This document shows, piece by piece, positions 19,824 through 29,128 of a stretch of DNA of 64,000 nucleotides. The position numbers and the translations under genes were made by a program. The stretch is from contig JBBIRK010000005.1 in the NCBI GenBank assembly GCA_037441845.1, positions 64,001 through 128,000 on the forward strand, read 5' to 3'. How positions within the stretch are numbered: position 1 is the first letter of the stretch; each line of letters opens with the position of its first letter. Origin of the DNA: Candidatus Zixiibacteriota bacterium (GTDB taxonomy: Bacteria; Zixibacteria; MSB-5A5; UBA10806; 4484-95). The notes under the pieces are model-generated. The model saw nothing but the letters and a program-made list of their open reading frames with translations, ran no database searches and was not told where the DNA came from.

Positions 19824-21530
19824 TTAATATTTCCTTTCCTCGGGTTGATACTTCGTGATTTGGACCTCGGAATAAGAAAGCTTCGGACCCTCAGGCGACC
19901 AACTGGCCAGCGTGTGTTTCAGCCAATTGGAGTCATCGCGGGTTTTGAAATCGGTTCGATAATGCGATCCGCGCGATTCGGTTCTGGCCAACGCCCCCAA
20001 GCAAACGACCTCGGCGACATCCAGGTTGCCGGCAAGTTCCATGACCCAGACCCGGTCCATGTTAAATCGACGAATTTCCTTGATCGCCCTGAGTTTTTTG
20101 AATCGAGCTTTCAGTTCGCGTATTTTCGCCAAGCCCGTTTTCAATGATTCACCGTCACGGAATATTCCCGCGTAACGCGGCATCAAATCGTTCAGCTCCT
20201 TTTTGATATGATACGGGTTCTCATCGCCGCGGGAGGTGAAATAATCTGCTTGCCAAGCGTTGAACCGTTCCAGCCCTTTTTTCATGGCATTTTCGTCAGG
20301 CTTATGCGGTAGACTCTTGACGTAAAGCGCGGCTGCTTTTCCCGAACGTCTGCCGAAAACTATCGTGTCCAGCAGCGAATTGCCTCCAAGTCTATTGGCG
20401 CCATGGACCGAAACGGCGCAGCATTCGCCGGCCGCATAAAACCCCTTCGTCTTGGATTCACCGTCTATATTGACGTCAATCCCGCCCATGGTGTAATGCA
20501 TCGATGGGTTCACCGGAATCGGGGAATCTATGGGATCGATCCCAACGAAATCAAGGCAGTGTTCTCTGATCCCGGGCAAGCGCTCCATGATCTTGGCTTT
20601 GCCGAGGTGGCGGAGATCAAGATAGACATACGGCTTGCCGTCGATTCCCCGTCCCTCGTTTATTTCGGTTTGGATCGCCCTTGCCACAATATCACGCGGC
20701 GCAAGCTCCATGAATTTTTCCGATACGTAGCGTTTCATGAATCGTTCGCCGTCTTTATTTATCAGGTAGCCGCCTTCCCCCCGGCAACCTTCGGTCATTA
20801 AAATATTGGAACCATACAATCCGGTCGGATGGAACTGAATGAATTCCATGTCTTTCAAAGGAACCCCCGCCCAATAGGGTATCGCCATTCCGAGAGCGGT
20901 CGAAGCGTGAGCGTTGGTTGTGTTTCCGTACATTCTGCCCGCTCCGCCGGTGGCGAAAATGACCGCATTGGCAGCGATCGGCTCTATTTCCCCTGAGCTC
21001 AAATTGAGCGCCACCACTCCCTTGCACAACTTATCATCTCCGATAATAAGCTGTAATACCATCCACTCCTCATAGAATTTGGTGCCGACGGCTATCGTTC
21101 TTTCATAAAGGGTATGCAATAAATACTGCCCGGTTCGATCGGCACCGTAACAAGTGCGCGGATAACCAGCGCCTCCGAACGGCCGCTGCGCGATCTTGCC
21201 GTTCTCGAGCCTCGAAAACGGACAGCCCCAATGTTCCATCTCATAAATCACACCCGGAGCGTCATTGGTCATGGCTATTACGGCGTCTTGGTCGGCAAGG
21301 AAATCCGAGCCCTTTATGGTGTCGTAGGCGTGTCTTTCGGGCGTATCGTCGGCCGAATCAGGATGATTGGCCAACGCCGCGTTAATCCCACCCTGGGCTG
21401 CGCCCGAGTGCGATCTTATCGGATGCAGTTTCGATACGACAGCGACATCGGCCCCCATAGTGCCGGCTTCCACCGCCGCCCTCAAACCCGCCAGACCCCC
21501 CCCTATTATTACGATATCGTGAAACAGCAT
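19824..21530 (-). CDS. sdhA: Succinate dehydrogenase/fumarate reductase flavoprotein subunit
   Basis: [17 protein letters not shown] (covalent FAD His), [29 protein letters not shown]. Confidence 0.97.
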   Translation of the reverse strand: MLFHDIVIIGGGLAGLRAAVEAGTMGADVAVVSKLHPIRSHSGAAQGGINAALANHPDSADDTPERHAYDTIKGSDFLADQDAVIAMTNDAPGVIYEMEHWGCPFSRLENGKIAQRPFGGAGYPRTCYGADRTGQYLLHTLYERTIAVGTKFYEEWMVLQLIIGDDKLCKGVVALNLSSGEIEPIAANAVIFATGGAGRMYGNTTNAHASTALGMAIPYWAGVPLKDMEFIQFHPTGLYGSNILMTEGCRGEGGYLINKDGERFMKRYVSEKFMELAPRDIVARAIQTEINEGRGIDGKPYVYLDLRHLGKAKIMERLPGIREHCLDFVGIDPIDSPIPVNPSMHYTMGGIDVNIDGESKTKGFYAAGECCAVSVHGANRLGGNSLLDTIVFGRRSGKAAALYVKSLPHKPDENAMKKGLERFNAWQADYFTSRGDENPYHIKKELNDLMPRYAGIFRDGESLKTGLAKIRELKARFKKLRAIKEIRRFNMDRVWVMELAGNLDVAEVVCLGALARTESRGSHYRTDFKTRDDSNWLKHTLASWSPEGPKLSYSEVQITKYQPEERKY

Positions 21531-21540
21531 TCTGCCTCCA

Positions 21541-21936
21541 TCAATTATGCGAACCTAGCCTGGGTACAATCAAGGCTGCGGCAAACAACGTGAACAGCGC
21601 AAACAAGCATGCCCCGGCCACGATAAAACTCTTGTGCTTGCGGGTCAAACCGAAAAGGTCCACGATGCTGATGGCCAAACCATTGAACATATGGTAGAAA
21701 ATCATTCCTATAAGGCCGATCTCAAGTAGATGAAAAAGTGGCGTTTGAACTGCCGCAAGGCGCCTATCAAACGCCTCCGGACCTGAATTCGCCGATCCGA
21801 GCACCCACATATGCAGGACCAGATAAAACAATAAACCGAGCCCGGTCAATCTATGCAACAGCCAGGCCCACGACCCGGTGTATTGATTAAGTTTCACATC
21901 TTCAGGCGTCGCTTTGAAAATTTTCAGAATCTTCAT
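21541..21936 (-). CDS. sdhC: Succinate dehydrogenase cytochrome b subunit
   Basis: [22 protein letters not shown]; three TM helices; ATGA overlap with the upstream anchor gene. Confidence 0.88.
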   Translation of the reverse strand: MKILKIFKATPEDVKLNQYTGSWAWLLHRLTGLGLLFYLVLHMWVLGSANSGPEAFDRRLAAVQTPLFHLLEIGLIGMIFYHMFNGLAISIVDLFGLTRKHKSFIVAGACLFALFTLFAAALIVPRLGSHN

Positions 21937-22307
21937 TGGCGGCCTCCGTAAAACACCATTAAGGTCGACAGTGACCAGGCAGCCACGGTTATTCCGAAAA
22001 TCCAAATGACGGTCAGCCAAATTACCCGCGCTTTGGCTTCCGGACGAAAATCCATCACGATTCCCCAAAATCCGTTAAGACCATGAAACAACGCCGAAAG
22101 GATAAACAAGAAGTAAAAGATCCCCCAGCCGATACTCGCCTGCAGCCGCTTGATGACGAAAGAGAAATCGATCAATCCTTGTTCGGCAAAGTTGAAATCA
22201 AGATGAAGCACTTTGACATGTGTAAATAAAAATACGGCCAATAGCACGCCGGTTATCCTCTGCAGAAACCAAAATAGGGCACTGCGAGAGGAAATTGCAG
22301 CATTCAT
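21933..22307 (-). CDS. sdhD: Succinate dehydrogenase hydrophobic membrane anchor
   Basis: WFLQRITG..L..FL.TH, FHGLNG..I..D; three TM helices; GGGAGG RBS. Confidence 0.88.
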   Translation of the reverse strand: MNAAISSRSALFWFLQRITGVLLAVFLFTHVKVLHLDFNFAEQGLIDFSFVIKRLQASIGWGIFYFLFILSALFHGLNGFWGIVMDFRPEAKARVIWLTVIWIFGITVAAWSLSTLMVFYGGRQ

Positions 22308-22460
22308 ACTATTCCTCCCTGCGTAAGCGATCCAGTAATTCGTTAATCTTGAATTTCATTATCGCCTCGGAGAAAATCGCCACCCTTAAAAGGCAATGGA
22401 GTCGATAAATCGAGCGAATCGTTACTCCCAATGCTAACTCCTCGGACACGCTGAGAACAA

Positions 22461-22478
22461 TTATGATAATTTTCACAA
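22461..22478. promoter_or_regulatory. Putative Rex (or CRP/FNR-family) operator in the sdh promoter
   Basis: TTATGAT-AATT-TTCACAA, two mismatches to Rex consensus TTGTGAAnnnnTTCACAA, directly downstream of a minus-strand TTGACT (22480-22485). Confidence 0.55.
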
Positions 22479-22815
22479 TAGTCAAATGATTTTTAGGGAA
22501 AACATCATAGCCGCAATAATCTATGTGCAATGCCTCGATCTTGGCGGTCAACGCGGATTAGCCATGAAAGTTGAACCTCTATTGGCCAGAATTGGCGGAT
22601 AACCATTTGAATATGGGGGAATTCCCATACTCATATTCAGGAAAATTCGATATTAAGCATCGGGCTATGTTGAAACGATACGAAAACTTGCGCCGACGCA
22701 AATCACTCAAAAGCTTCGATTGTATCATTTTGAAACAGAAGCGCACGATATTTTCCCGAATGCAGGTCTTACGTTAATCCAATGATAATTATCGAGATAT
22801 AAGATCCAGGCGGTT

Positions 22816-22833
22816 TCGGCTTCGGGTTTGCTA
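22816..22833 (+). promoter_or_regulatory. Putative sigma54 promoter of the minor pilin cluster
   Basis: TCGGCTTCGGGTTTGCTA = GG-N10-GC with TTGCT, about 40 nt before ATG 22871. Confidence 0.6.
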
Positions 22834-22870
22834 ATAAGGGTATTGAAATCGAAATCGGAGATGATGGCGG

Positions 22871-23419
22871 ATGTCAATAACAAAAATAACAAAATCAAAA
22901 AGAAACCTCGGCTTCACGTTGCTTGAGCTTTTGATCGCGGCCATGCTGACGATAATCATCTCCTCGGCGGCGTTGACTTTCCTTGCCCGCAGCAATCAGC
23001 AATACCTTTCGCAAGAGGAGATTTCCGAAATGCAGCAATCGCTGAGGGCCAGCATTCAGGAGGTCGTAAAGCAGTTGCGTATGGCGGGATTCGGGTTGGC
23101 CGATACGGTACCACCGATTGTAATCGACTCAGTGGCGGGAGAATCGGACACGCTTACGGTTTATCGTGACACTTTTGCGATAAAATTCTATCTGGATACG
23201 ACCACCGACAGCCTGCATCCCAGTCTGATAAAAGAGATCAATGCCGTGCCTTCGACTTACGCCACCGATATTTCCCAATTCGAAGCGAGCTGGATTCCTC
23301 CTAAGTCAATCAGGATTACCATCTCCGCCAAGACATCGAAGGCGGATTATGATATCGGCGGCGGTAATGCCCTTGTTAGAACGGAATCGCAAGTCGTCAG
23401 TTTGAGGAACGTCCAGTGA
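22871..23419 (+). CDS. Type IV minor pilin, PilW-like
   Basis: Class III prepilin signal G|FTLLE, hydrophobic helix, QQ.LR.....V.K.LRMAGF, C-terminal LRN. Confidence 0.8.
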   Translation: MSITKITKSKRNLGFTLLELLIAAMLTIIISSAALTFLARSNQQYLSQEEISEMQQSLRASIQEVVKQLRMAGFGLADTVPPIVIDSVAGESDTLTVYRDTFAIKFYLDTTTDSLHPSLIKEINAVPSTYATDISQFEASWIPPKSIRITISAKTSKADYDIGGGNALVRTESQVVSLRNVQ

Positions 23420-23427
23420 GGCAAGCC

Positions 23428-23820
23428 ATGATTAAAATTAGATTCAACAGACATGGCGTCAGTTTGGTGGAAGTTATGGCGGCTATGTTGGTGCTGGCGA
23501 TCGGCATTCTCGGCATCGCGCCGCTCATGGTGGTAACTATCAACGCCAATTCGTTCTCGCGGGAATTGACCGTGGCCAATACTCTGGCCGCCGATAAAAT
23601 AGAGTCGTTGAGGGCCATCGGTGGTTTCGCGCCGCTGCCTTTCACCCAATACGAAAATAATATTAACAATAAATACAGCCGGTACACCCGCGTTGACGCC
23701 TACGAATCGGATATCACGGTTCCGACCGGCGTTTATCGCGTTCACGTGACTATCAGCTGGTCCGACCAAAGCGGCATTCCGCGGGCGACCGAATATTGGA
23801 CGTTTCTTTCGCGGAATTAG
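23428..23820 (+). CDS. Type IV minor pilin, PilV-like
   Basis: G|VSLVEVMAAMLVLAIGILG, A..LA.DKIE.LR, V.VTISW. Confidence 0.82.
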   Translation: MIKIRFNRHGVSLVEVMAAMLVLAIGILGIAPLMVVTINANSFSRELTVANTLAADKIESLRAIGGFAPLPFTQYENNINNKYSRYTRVDAYESDITVPTGVYRVHVTISWSDQSGIPRATEYWTFLSRN

Positions 23821-23833
23821 ATCGGGGGTCAGA

Positions 23834-25768
23834 ATGAAATACATGAAGACAAACGAACGCGGCATGGCGATGGCGGTGGTGATTCCGATCTTGCTGTTGA
23901 TATCGTTTCTCGGAATCGTGGCCATAATGAATTCCAACACCTATATCGACATCGCCGGTAGTGTTAAGCGAAATTCGCAAGCCTTTTACGTCGCCGAGGC
24001 CGGATTGGAACGGGCGATCAACGAATACGTTTGGGGCAATTTTTTCGATGAAAACGTATCGCCGATGATCAGCCCTTTCAGCTGGTTGGAAAGCCTTGAC
24101 GATTCATTGTTCTACCACAATGTGGCATTGGGCAACGACGGCTATTACAGCGCCCGGGTAACCAATGTCAGCAATCCCGGGCCGAGATCGCCTTATATCG
24201 ACTGCCGCGACGTTACTATCGAGGCGGTCGGCAGGGCAAACGGCGGCACCGAAGAGGTCACTCTCGAAGCCACCATGAGGTTCGGCGTACTGCCGTCCGG
24301 CGTGTTCGACTATGCCTATTTTATAAACCATTTCGGCTGGTGGGCGGGATTCCCGTCGAACGGCGCTGTCGCCAACGGCAATGTTCGCGCAAACGGTCAT
24401 TTCGATTTGCTTTCCGGATATTTCCGGGGAAACGGAAATCCTCGATTTAATCCGGTCAACGGCCAGGTGCTTGACCAAGGCGGGGTTTACGCCGGAGGCT
24501 ATGTGTATCCCACCAACGGATCCGGCTATCAGGGAATGGCGGCAGACAGCGCCAATAGACATAGCTATGGAGGAATCGATAAAAGCAAAGATGACCCGGC
24601 GCGAATCGAAATGCCGAATCTCAACGATCCGGCGGACCTCGATAACGACGGAATAGTCGATGAACTCAATCCCTACTATATCGGGCTGGCCAATGGAAAT
24701 TTCGGCGCCGACCAGGGAAAAGTCGGTATCGACGACAACGGCAACGGCGTGCTCGATGAATCCGAGATATTAGTCAGGGGAACATACGGAGATGACGCCG
24801 GGGAACTGGGCAATCTTGCGCTGATCGGCACCGACACCAAGCCTATAATAATCGAGGGCACCGTGGCCATCACTCAGAATTTGGCGATTAAAGGCACGAT
24901 TAAAGGACAAGGATCGTTTTATGTCGGTCGGAATACATATATAGGCGACCAAATTAAATATGCGAATCCACCCACCGCCAAGCCTATTTTCAATTATGGG
25001 ACGGAAACGCCGGAGCAATATCTGGCTCGCCTTAATACCTGGAGAGAAAATAACCGTACTCGAGATATGGTCGCTTTCATGACGGTTAATAATATCGTGG
25101 CCGGCAACCATACCCAGTCATCGTGGCGCAACTATATCACCAATGGCGGAGGCTGGCTCGTCGATTATCGCAACAACGGAAAGGAAGATGTCGGCGTCGA
25201 TGGTGTTTTCGGTCGCCTCGATGATAAGTTGAATCCCTATCAGGCCTCTTACAAAGAAAATGACGGTTATTTTACGGTGGTTATCGCCGATGCCAACGGA
25301 CATCAGCGCCTCGAGGACTTGCCGATAGTCGGTGGTGAGGCTCAGGTCCCCGCCGGCTATCATATCGTGCCGGGCACCGGCGAAGATCTCGACGGAGACG
25401 GCAAGTACACCGGCATTTACAGCTATTCCACAGATATAAATTTCAATACAGCCTTCAATTCGACCAATTTTTACAATTTGCCGTCGACAATCACGAATTA
25501 CTCCGGTTTTTCGTCATTCTCGACATCCAGAATGGATGGCGTATTTTATACGAACCATTCGATCTGCGGCTGGTTTACCGATTACTGCATCTTCAACGGC
25601 GCGGTAATCGCCCGCAATGAGGCGATTATTCTCACCGGCGGTCATGTAACGTTGAACCATGACGACCGATTGACTTCGAATTACCACGATCTTAACAATC
25701 AGCATATTTATCTACCGCTGGTCAAGAGTTTCTCAACCATAAGTTGGGCGGATAAATCGGTGCGTTGA
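23834..25768 (+). CDS. Large PilX-like minor pilin with putative Ca-binding DxDxDG loops
   Basis: ERG|MAM lacking Glu5, QAFYVAEAGLERA PilX N-terminal motif, long beta-rich C-terminal region ending TISW. Confidence 0.75.
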   Translation: MKYMKTNERGMAMAVVIPILLLISFLGIVAIMNSNTYIDIAGSVKRNSQAFYVAEAGLERAINEYVWGNFFDENVSPMISPFSWLESLDDSLFYHNVALGNDGYYSARVTNVSNPGPRSPYIDCRDVTIEAVGRANGGTEEVTLEATMRFGVLPSGVFDYAYFINHFGWWAGFPSNGAVANGNVRANGHFDLLSGYFRGNGNPRFNPVNGQVLDQGGVYAGGYVYPTNGSGYQGMAADSANRHSYGGIDKSKDDPARIEMPNLNDPADLDNDGIVDELNPYYIGLANGNFGADQGKVGIDDNGNGVLDESEILVRGTYGDDAGELGNLALIGTDTKPIIIEGTVAITQNLAIKGTIKGQGSFYVGRNTYIGDQIKYANPPTAKPIFNYGTETPEQYLARLNTWRENNRTRDMVAFMTVNNIVAGNHTQSSWRNYITNGGGWLVDYRNNGKEDVGVDGVFGRLDDKLNPYQASYKENDGYFTVVIADANGHQRLEDLPIVGGEAQVPAGYHIVPGTGEDLDGDGKYTGIYSYSTDINFNTAFNSTNFYNLPSTITNYSGFSSFSTSRMDGVFYTNHSICGWFTDYCIFNGAVIARNEAIILTGGHVTLNHDDRLTSNYHDLNNQHIYLPLVKSFSTISWADKSVR

Positions 25769-25781
25769 TGAGGAGGATGCG

Positions 25782-26420
25782 ATGCGTTGCAAGCTGATAT
25801 TTCTCGGATTGTTGTCGGCGGCATATATATTTACATTCATCGGCGACGGCTCCGCGATCCAGGTAGTCGGAGGCAATAACTACTCGACTCATTCATACGA
25901 ACAAACCCAACCGGCGCCGCCTCCCCCCGAGGAGATCCTGCCGGTCATAATCCATCACCCGGTAAGCGAGATACCATCGGGGAAAGATTTCATCATAACC
26001 GCGGATATTCGCGAAATCGGCATGGGCACGCCGATAATCCACTACCGATTCGGAGACAGCAAGAAGTACATAACCAACGTGCTTAAGCCGAAATCGCCGA
26101 ATAATTACGAGTTCAAAATTCTGGCGGCAGCCCTCACCGATAAGAAAATCGAATATTATATCGAGGTCATCACGGGGTCGCGGGTTCTGGCGACTTATCG
26201 CAGCGCCGAAAATCCGGTGGTTGTCTCCATTAAGTCTTCGGGGGGCGGCAATTCGCTTTTGATAATCGGCATTTTGTTGGGCATAGCGATAGTGGGGATA
26301 AAGGTCGCCTCCGCGGCAAATTCGGGCGGCAAGAATCAAGTCAGGTCCGAAACCAGAGGCAATAAAACTTTCAGCAAAGCGGGCAATAAAAATCAAGTGT
26401 TGAAAGCGATACGAAGATAA
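25782..26420 (+). CDS. Exported, C-terminally membrane-anchored protein with Ig-like domain
   Basis: Signal peptide, PAPPPP linker, PVIIHHP...IEYYIEV domain, C-terminal hydrophobic helix and basic tail; GAGGAGG RBS. Confidence 0.65.
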   Translation: MRCKLIFLGLLSAAYIFTFIGDGSAIQVVGGNNYSTHSYEQTQPAPPPPEEILPVIIHHPVSEIPSGKDFIITADIREIGMGTPIIHYRFGDSKKYITNVLKPKSPNNYEFKILAAALTDKKIEYYIEVITGSRVLATYRSAENPVVVSIKSSGGGNSLLIIGILLGIAIVGIKVASAANSGGKNQVRSETRGNKTFSKAGNKNQVLKAIRR

Positions 26421-26450
26421 CCTTTGTCTGCGTCCTCGGTTAAGCCGACG

Positions 26451-26476
26451 AAAACGCCGGGCGGAACCCCGGCGTT
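26451..26476. terminator. Terminator between the convergent pilin and fumarase operons
   Basis: AACGCCGGG/CCCGGCGTT stem with an A4 tract on the left. Confidence 0.7.
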
Positions 26477-26531
26477 ACTATTTTGAATCCGATTCGGCCT
26501 AAACGTAAAATCGACCGGCGAACAATTCGCG

Positions 26532-27086
26532 CTACTCCTTGCTGTATTTTTTAACGCCGGCCACATAAATATTATCGCCGTAACAATCCTGCGCGACGAT
26601 GGCCGGAAAATCTTTAACCTTCAACCGCCTGACCGCCTCCGCCCCCAGATCTTCATAGGCCACCAATTCGACCTCGGTAATTTTTTCGGCTATGAGAGCA
26701 CCCGCACCACCCACGGCCACCATATATACGGCTTTATGCTTCTTCAACGCCTCCACGACGCCCGCGCCCATCTCACCCTTTCCTACCATCCCCTTGAGAC
26801 CGGCGGCGATCATTTTCGGCGAATAAGCGTTCATCCTCCCCGATGTCGTCGGCCCCGCGGAATTTATCACCTGCCCCGGTTTGGCGGGAGCTGGGCCTAC
26901 GAAATAAATGATCTGCCCTTTGATATCGAACGGCAACTGCTCACCCTTATCGAGCAATTCGGTCATTCGTTTGTGCGCGGCGTCACGGGCGGTGTAAAGA
27001 TAACCTGATATCAACACCCTGTCGCCGGCTCTCAGACCTGCAACCGTTTCATCGTTCAACGGAGTTTGAATTTTCTTGTATTCCAT
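26532..27086 (-). CDS. Class I fumarate hydratase (Fe-S hydro-lyase) beta subunit
   Basis: L.AGD.V.ISG.LYTARDAAHKR, GPTTSGRM, GKG, EDLG.EAV. Confidence 0.92.
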   Translation of the reverse strand: MEYKKIQTPLNDETVAGLRAGDRVLISGYLYTARDAAHKRMTELLDKGEQLPFDIKGQIIYFVGPAPAKPGQVINSAGPTTSGRMNAYSPKMIAAGLKGMVGKGEMGAGVVEALKKHKAVYMVAVGGAGALIAEKITEVELVAYEDLGAEAVRRLKVKDFPAIVAQDCYGDNIYVAGVKKYSKE

Positions 27087-27094
27087 GCCGCACC

Positions 27095-27934
27095 TCAAAT
27101 GACGATGGTTTTGTGACGAGCCGAATGGCATTGAGTATTGACGGCCACCGGCAGACTGGCTATATGGCAGGGTGCCGCCTCTATATGCACGGCGATAGCC
27201 GTGATTCTTCCGCCGAGTCCCTGTGGACCCACGCCCGTGTTGTTTATTTTTTCGAGAAGTTTAGATTCCATCTCCGCATAGTAAGGATCCGCGTGTCGGC
27301 TTCCCACCGGCCGCAAAAGTGCATGTTTGGCGATTTTTGCTACGAGGTCGAAAGATCCTCCGATACCCACGCCGACGATGAGCGGAGGGCAGGGATTTCC
27401 CCCGGCTATGCGGATTGTTTCGACCACGAAATCAATCACCCCCTGTTCGCCATCGGAAGGTTTGAGCATCTTTATCCGACTCATGTTTTCGGAACCGCCG
27501 CCTTTGGGCAGAATCGTAAGCTCGATTTTATCTCCGGGCACGAGCGTGGTCGATACGACGGCGGGCGTGTTGTCACCGGTATTTTTACGGCGCAGCGGGT
27601 CGGCCACGATCGACTTGCGCAAATACCCTTCCTGATACCCCTGCCTTACCCCCTCTTGCACAGCCTCGTTGAAATCGCCGTTTATATGCACATCCTGGCC
27701 GATTGAGGCGAAGATGACGGCCAACCCCGTATCCTGACAAAGAGGCATCTTCTTTTCCGCGGCGATCGAAGCATTTTGAATGATCTGATCGATTATTTCC
27801 CGGCCGAGGGGTGATTCTTCCTGAAGCTTATACTTCTTAAGCGCCTCCAGCACATCCTCTCCGAGATAATAATTCGCCTGCATACAAAGTTCTTTTATCG
27901 CCGCTGTAATTTTCCCCGAATCCACTTCACGCAT
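27095..27934 (-). CDS. Class I fumarate hydratase (Fe-S hydro-lyase) alpha subunit
   Basis: PLCQDTG, NTGDNTPA, PKGGGSEN, GNPCPP..VGVGIGG, GPQGLGG, CHIASLPVAVN.QCH. Confidence 0.92.
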   Translation of the reverse strand: MREVDSGKITAAIKELCMQANYYLGEDVLEALKKYKLQEESPLGREIIDQIIQNASIAAEKKMPLCQDTGLAVIFASIGQDVHINGDFNEAVQEGVRQGYQEGYLRKSIVADPLRRKNTGDNTPAVVSTTLVPGDKIELTILPKGGGSENMSRIKMLKPSDGEQGVIDFVVETIRIAGGNPCPPLIVGVGIGGSFDLVAKIAKHALLRPVGSRHADPYYAEMESKLLEKINNTGVGPQGLGGRITAIAVHIEAAPCHIASLPVAVNTQCHSARHKTIVI

Positions 27935-27937
27935 AAT

Positions 27938-28585
27938 TCATCCTTTTATTAGTTCTATAATCGCATTCATCATATTCTCGCAATCCGCCGCCACCTCCGT
28001 GGGCCGGTTAGAGGCAAATTGGCCTCCAGAAGTGACCAGATGATTGGTTTCGTCTATTATGACCTCGGTCGGTCGAGTAACCACCGCCTGAGCGCCACAA
28101 GCCTCGATTCCGGTTTGCAACATGGGATCGTTTCCGACCGTAACCACTGCACCGCTGCCGGTGAGTCCCTGAATTGATTTGACCAGGATCGGAACGGCAT
28201 AGCCAAAAGCTCCGATCGGTAAACCCCTTCGAAACGCACGCCTCAAGAACTCCCGCATCCCGGGATCGACTCCGAAAGCGATACCCGCGGTTCGAAAATT
28301 ACAATACAGATCGAAATCCCGCGCCCCTATACAAATTATTAGAGCTTGCAAAGAGCTCGTTTTGACTTCGGAAGCGGCTTGAACATCCATCCGGCTGAAT
28401 TGCGACAGAATCGCCCGCCGTTCCTCGGATTTTTGGGCATCCTCGCCGGCGGGGAATTGAACTATCGGCAAACGCAGCAAATTGTGCAGGTCGATCTGAT
28501 AGTATATGAAAGTCGTTTCCCACGGCGTCTCAGCCGAGGCCATGACGCCGATCCTCCTGGGAATTCTGCTGCGTAAACCGGACAT
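27938..28585 (-). CDS. DJ-1/PfpI superfamily, ElbB-like protein lacking the nucleophilic Cys
   Basis: F..G.PIGA, VTVGND, IEA.GA, V..D..N.LVT match ElbB/ES1; the GAxCIAP elbow reads GAFGYAV. Confidence 0.55.
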   Translation of the reverse strand: MSGLRSRIPRRIGVMASAETPWETTFIYYQIDLHNLLRLPIVQFPAGEDAQKSEERRAILSQFSRMDVQAASEVKTSSLQALIICIGARDFDLYCNFRTAGIAFGVDPGMREFLRRAFRRGLPIGAFGYAVPILVKSIQGLTGSGAVVTVGNDPMLQTGIEACGAQAVVTRPTEVIIDETNHLVTSGGQFASNRPTEVAADCENMMNAIIELIKG

Positions 28586-28767
28586 TGATTAAATTAACTT
28601 GGAAAAGGATTATAGGCGGGTTTCTCGATGGATATTTCAGAAATCGGAATCTCCAAAAGGCAACCGATTTCATTATTATCCCTGGCCCGAATCAAGATCG
28701 TCTTCTTCGCCTGAGTTATCAGTCCGCCGCACCGGGAACGGACGACAGTATCGGAACTTATCGATGG

Positions 28768-29019
28768 CTAAGGTGTTATGGATACTTTCTTCTTATCCTT
28801 GCCGACCCGGGAAAACGTGATCAAGCCTTCCTTGAGCGCAAAGAGAGTATTATCTTTGCCTATTCCCACATTCGTGCCCGGATAAATTCGCGTGCCCCTT
28901 TGGCGGATAATTATCGTACCGGCACTTACGCGCTGGCCACCATAGACTTTGACGCCCAGTCTTTGGCCGTTCGAATCACGTCCGTTGCGCGAGGAGCCGA
29001 CGCCTTTTTTATGAGCCAT
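28768..29019 (-). CDS. rpmA: 50S ribosomal protein L27
   Basis: [35 protein letters not shown]. Confidence 0.99.
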   Translation of the reverse strand: MAHKKGVGSSRNGRDSNGQRLGVKVYGGQRVSAGTIIIRQRGTRIYPGTNVGIGKDNTLFALKEGLITFSRVGKDKKKVSITP

Positions 29020-29062
29020 AGTTACCCCTTCTCATCCTAATCTTAAACATAATCAGCACATC

Positions 29063-29090
29063 AATATACGTTTCGCCGCTTCCAACGCAA
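29063..29090 (-). promoter_or_regulatory. Putative sigma70 promoter of rpmA
   Basis: TTGCGT-N16-TATATT on the minus strand. Confidence 0.55.
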
Positions 29091-29128
29091 CAACTATTTA
29101 TGCGTCGCTGCGAAATTGAAGACGAAGC

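Noticed and set aside
22571..22777. Short intergenic ORFs (22571..22777, 22309..22551, 10097..10318, 58179..58487, 60771..60959)
   Set aside because: They lack convincing RBSs or protein features and run through promoter or enhancer DNA or overlap real genes.
28585..29040. 151-aa plus-strand ORF
   Set aside because: It overlaps rpmA on the opposite strand and has no RBS or motifs.
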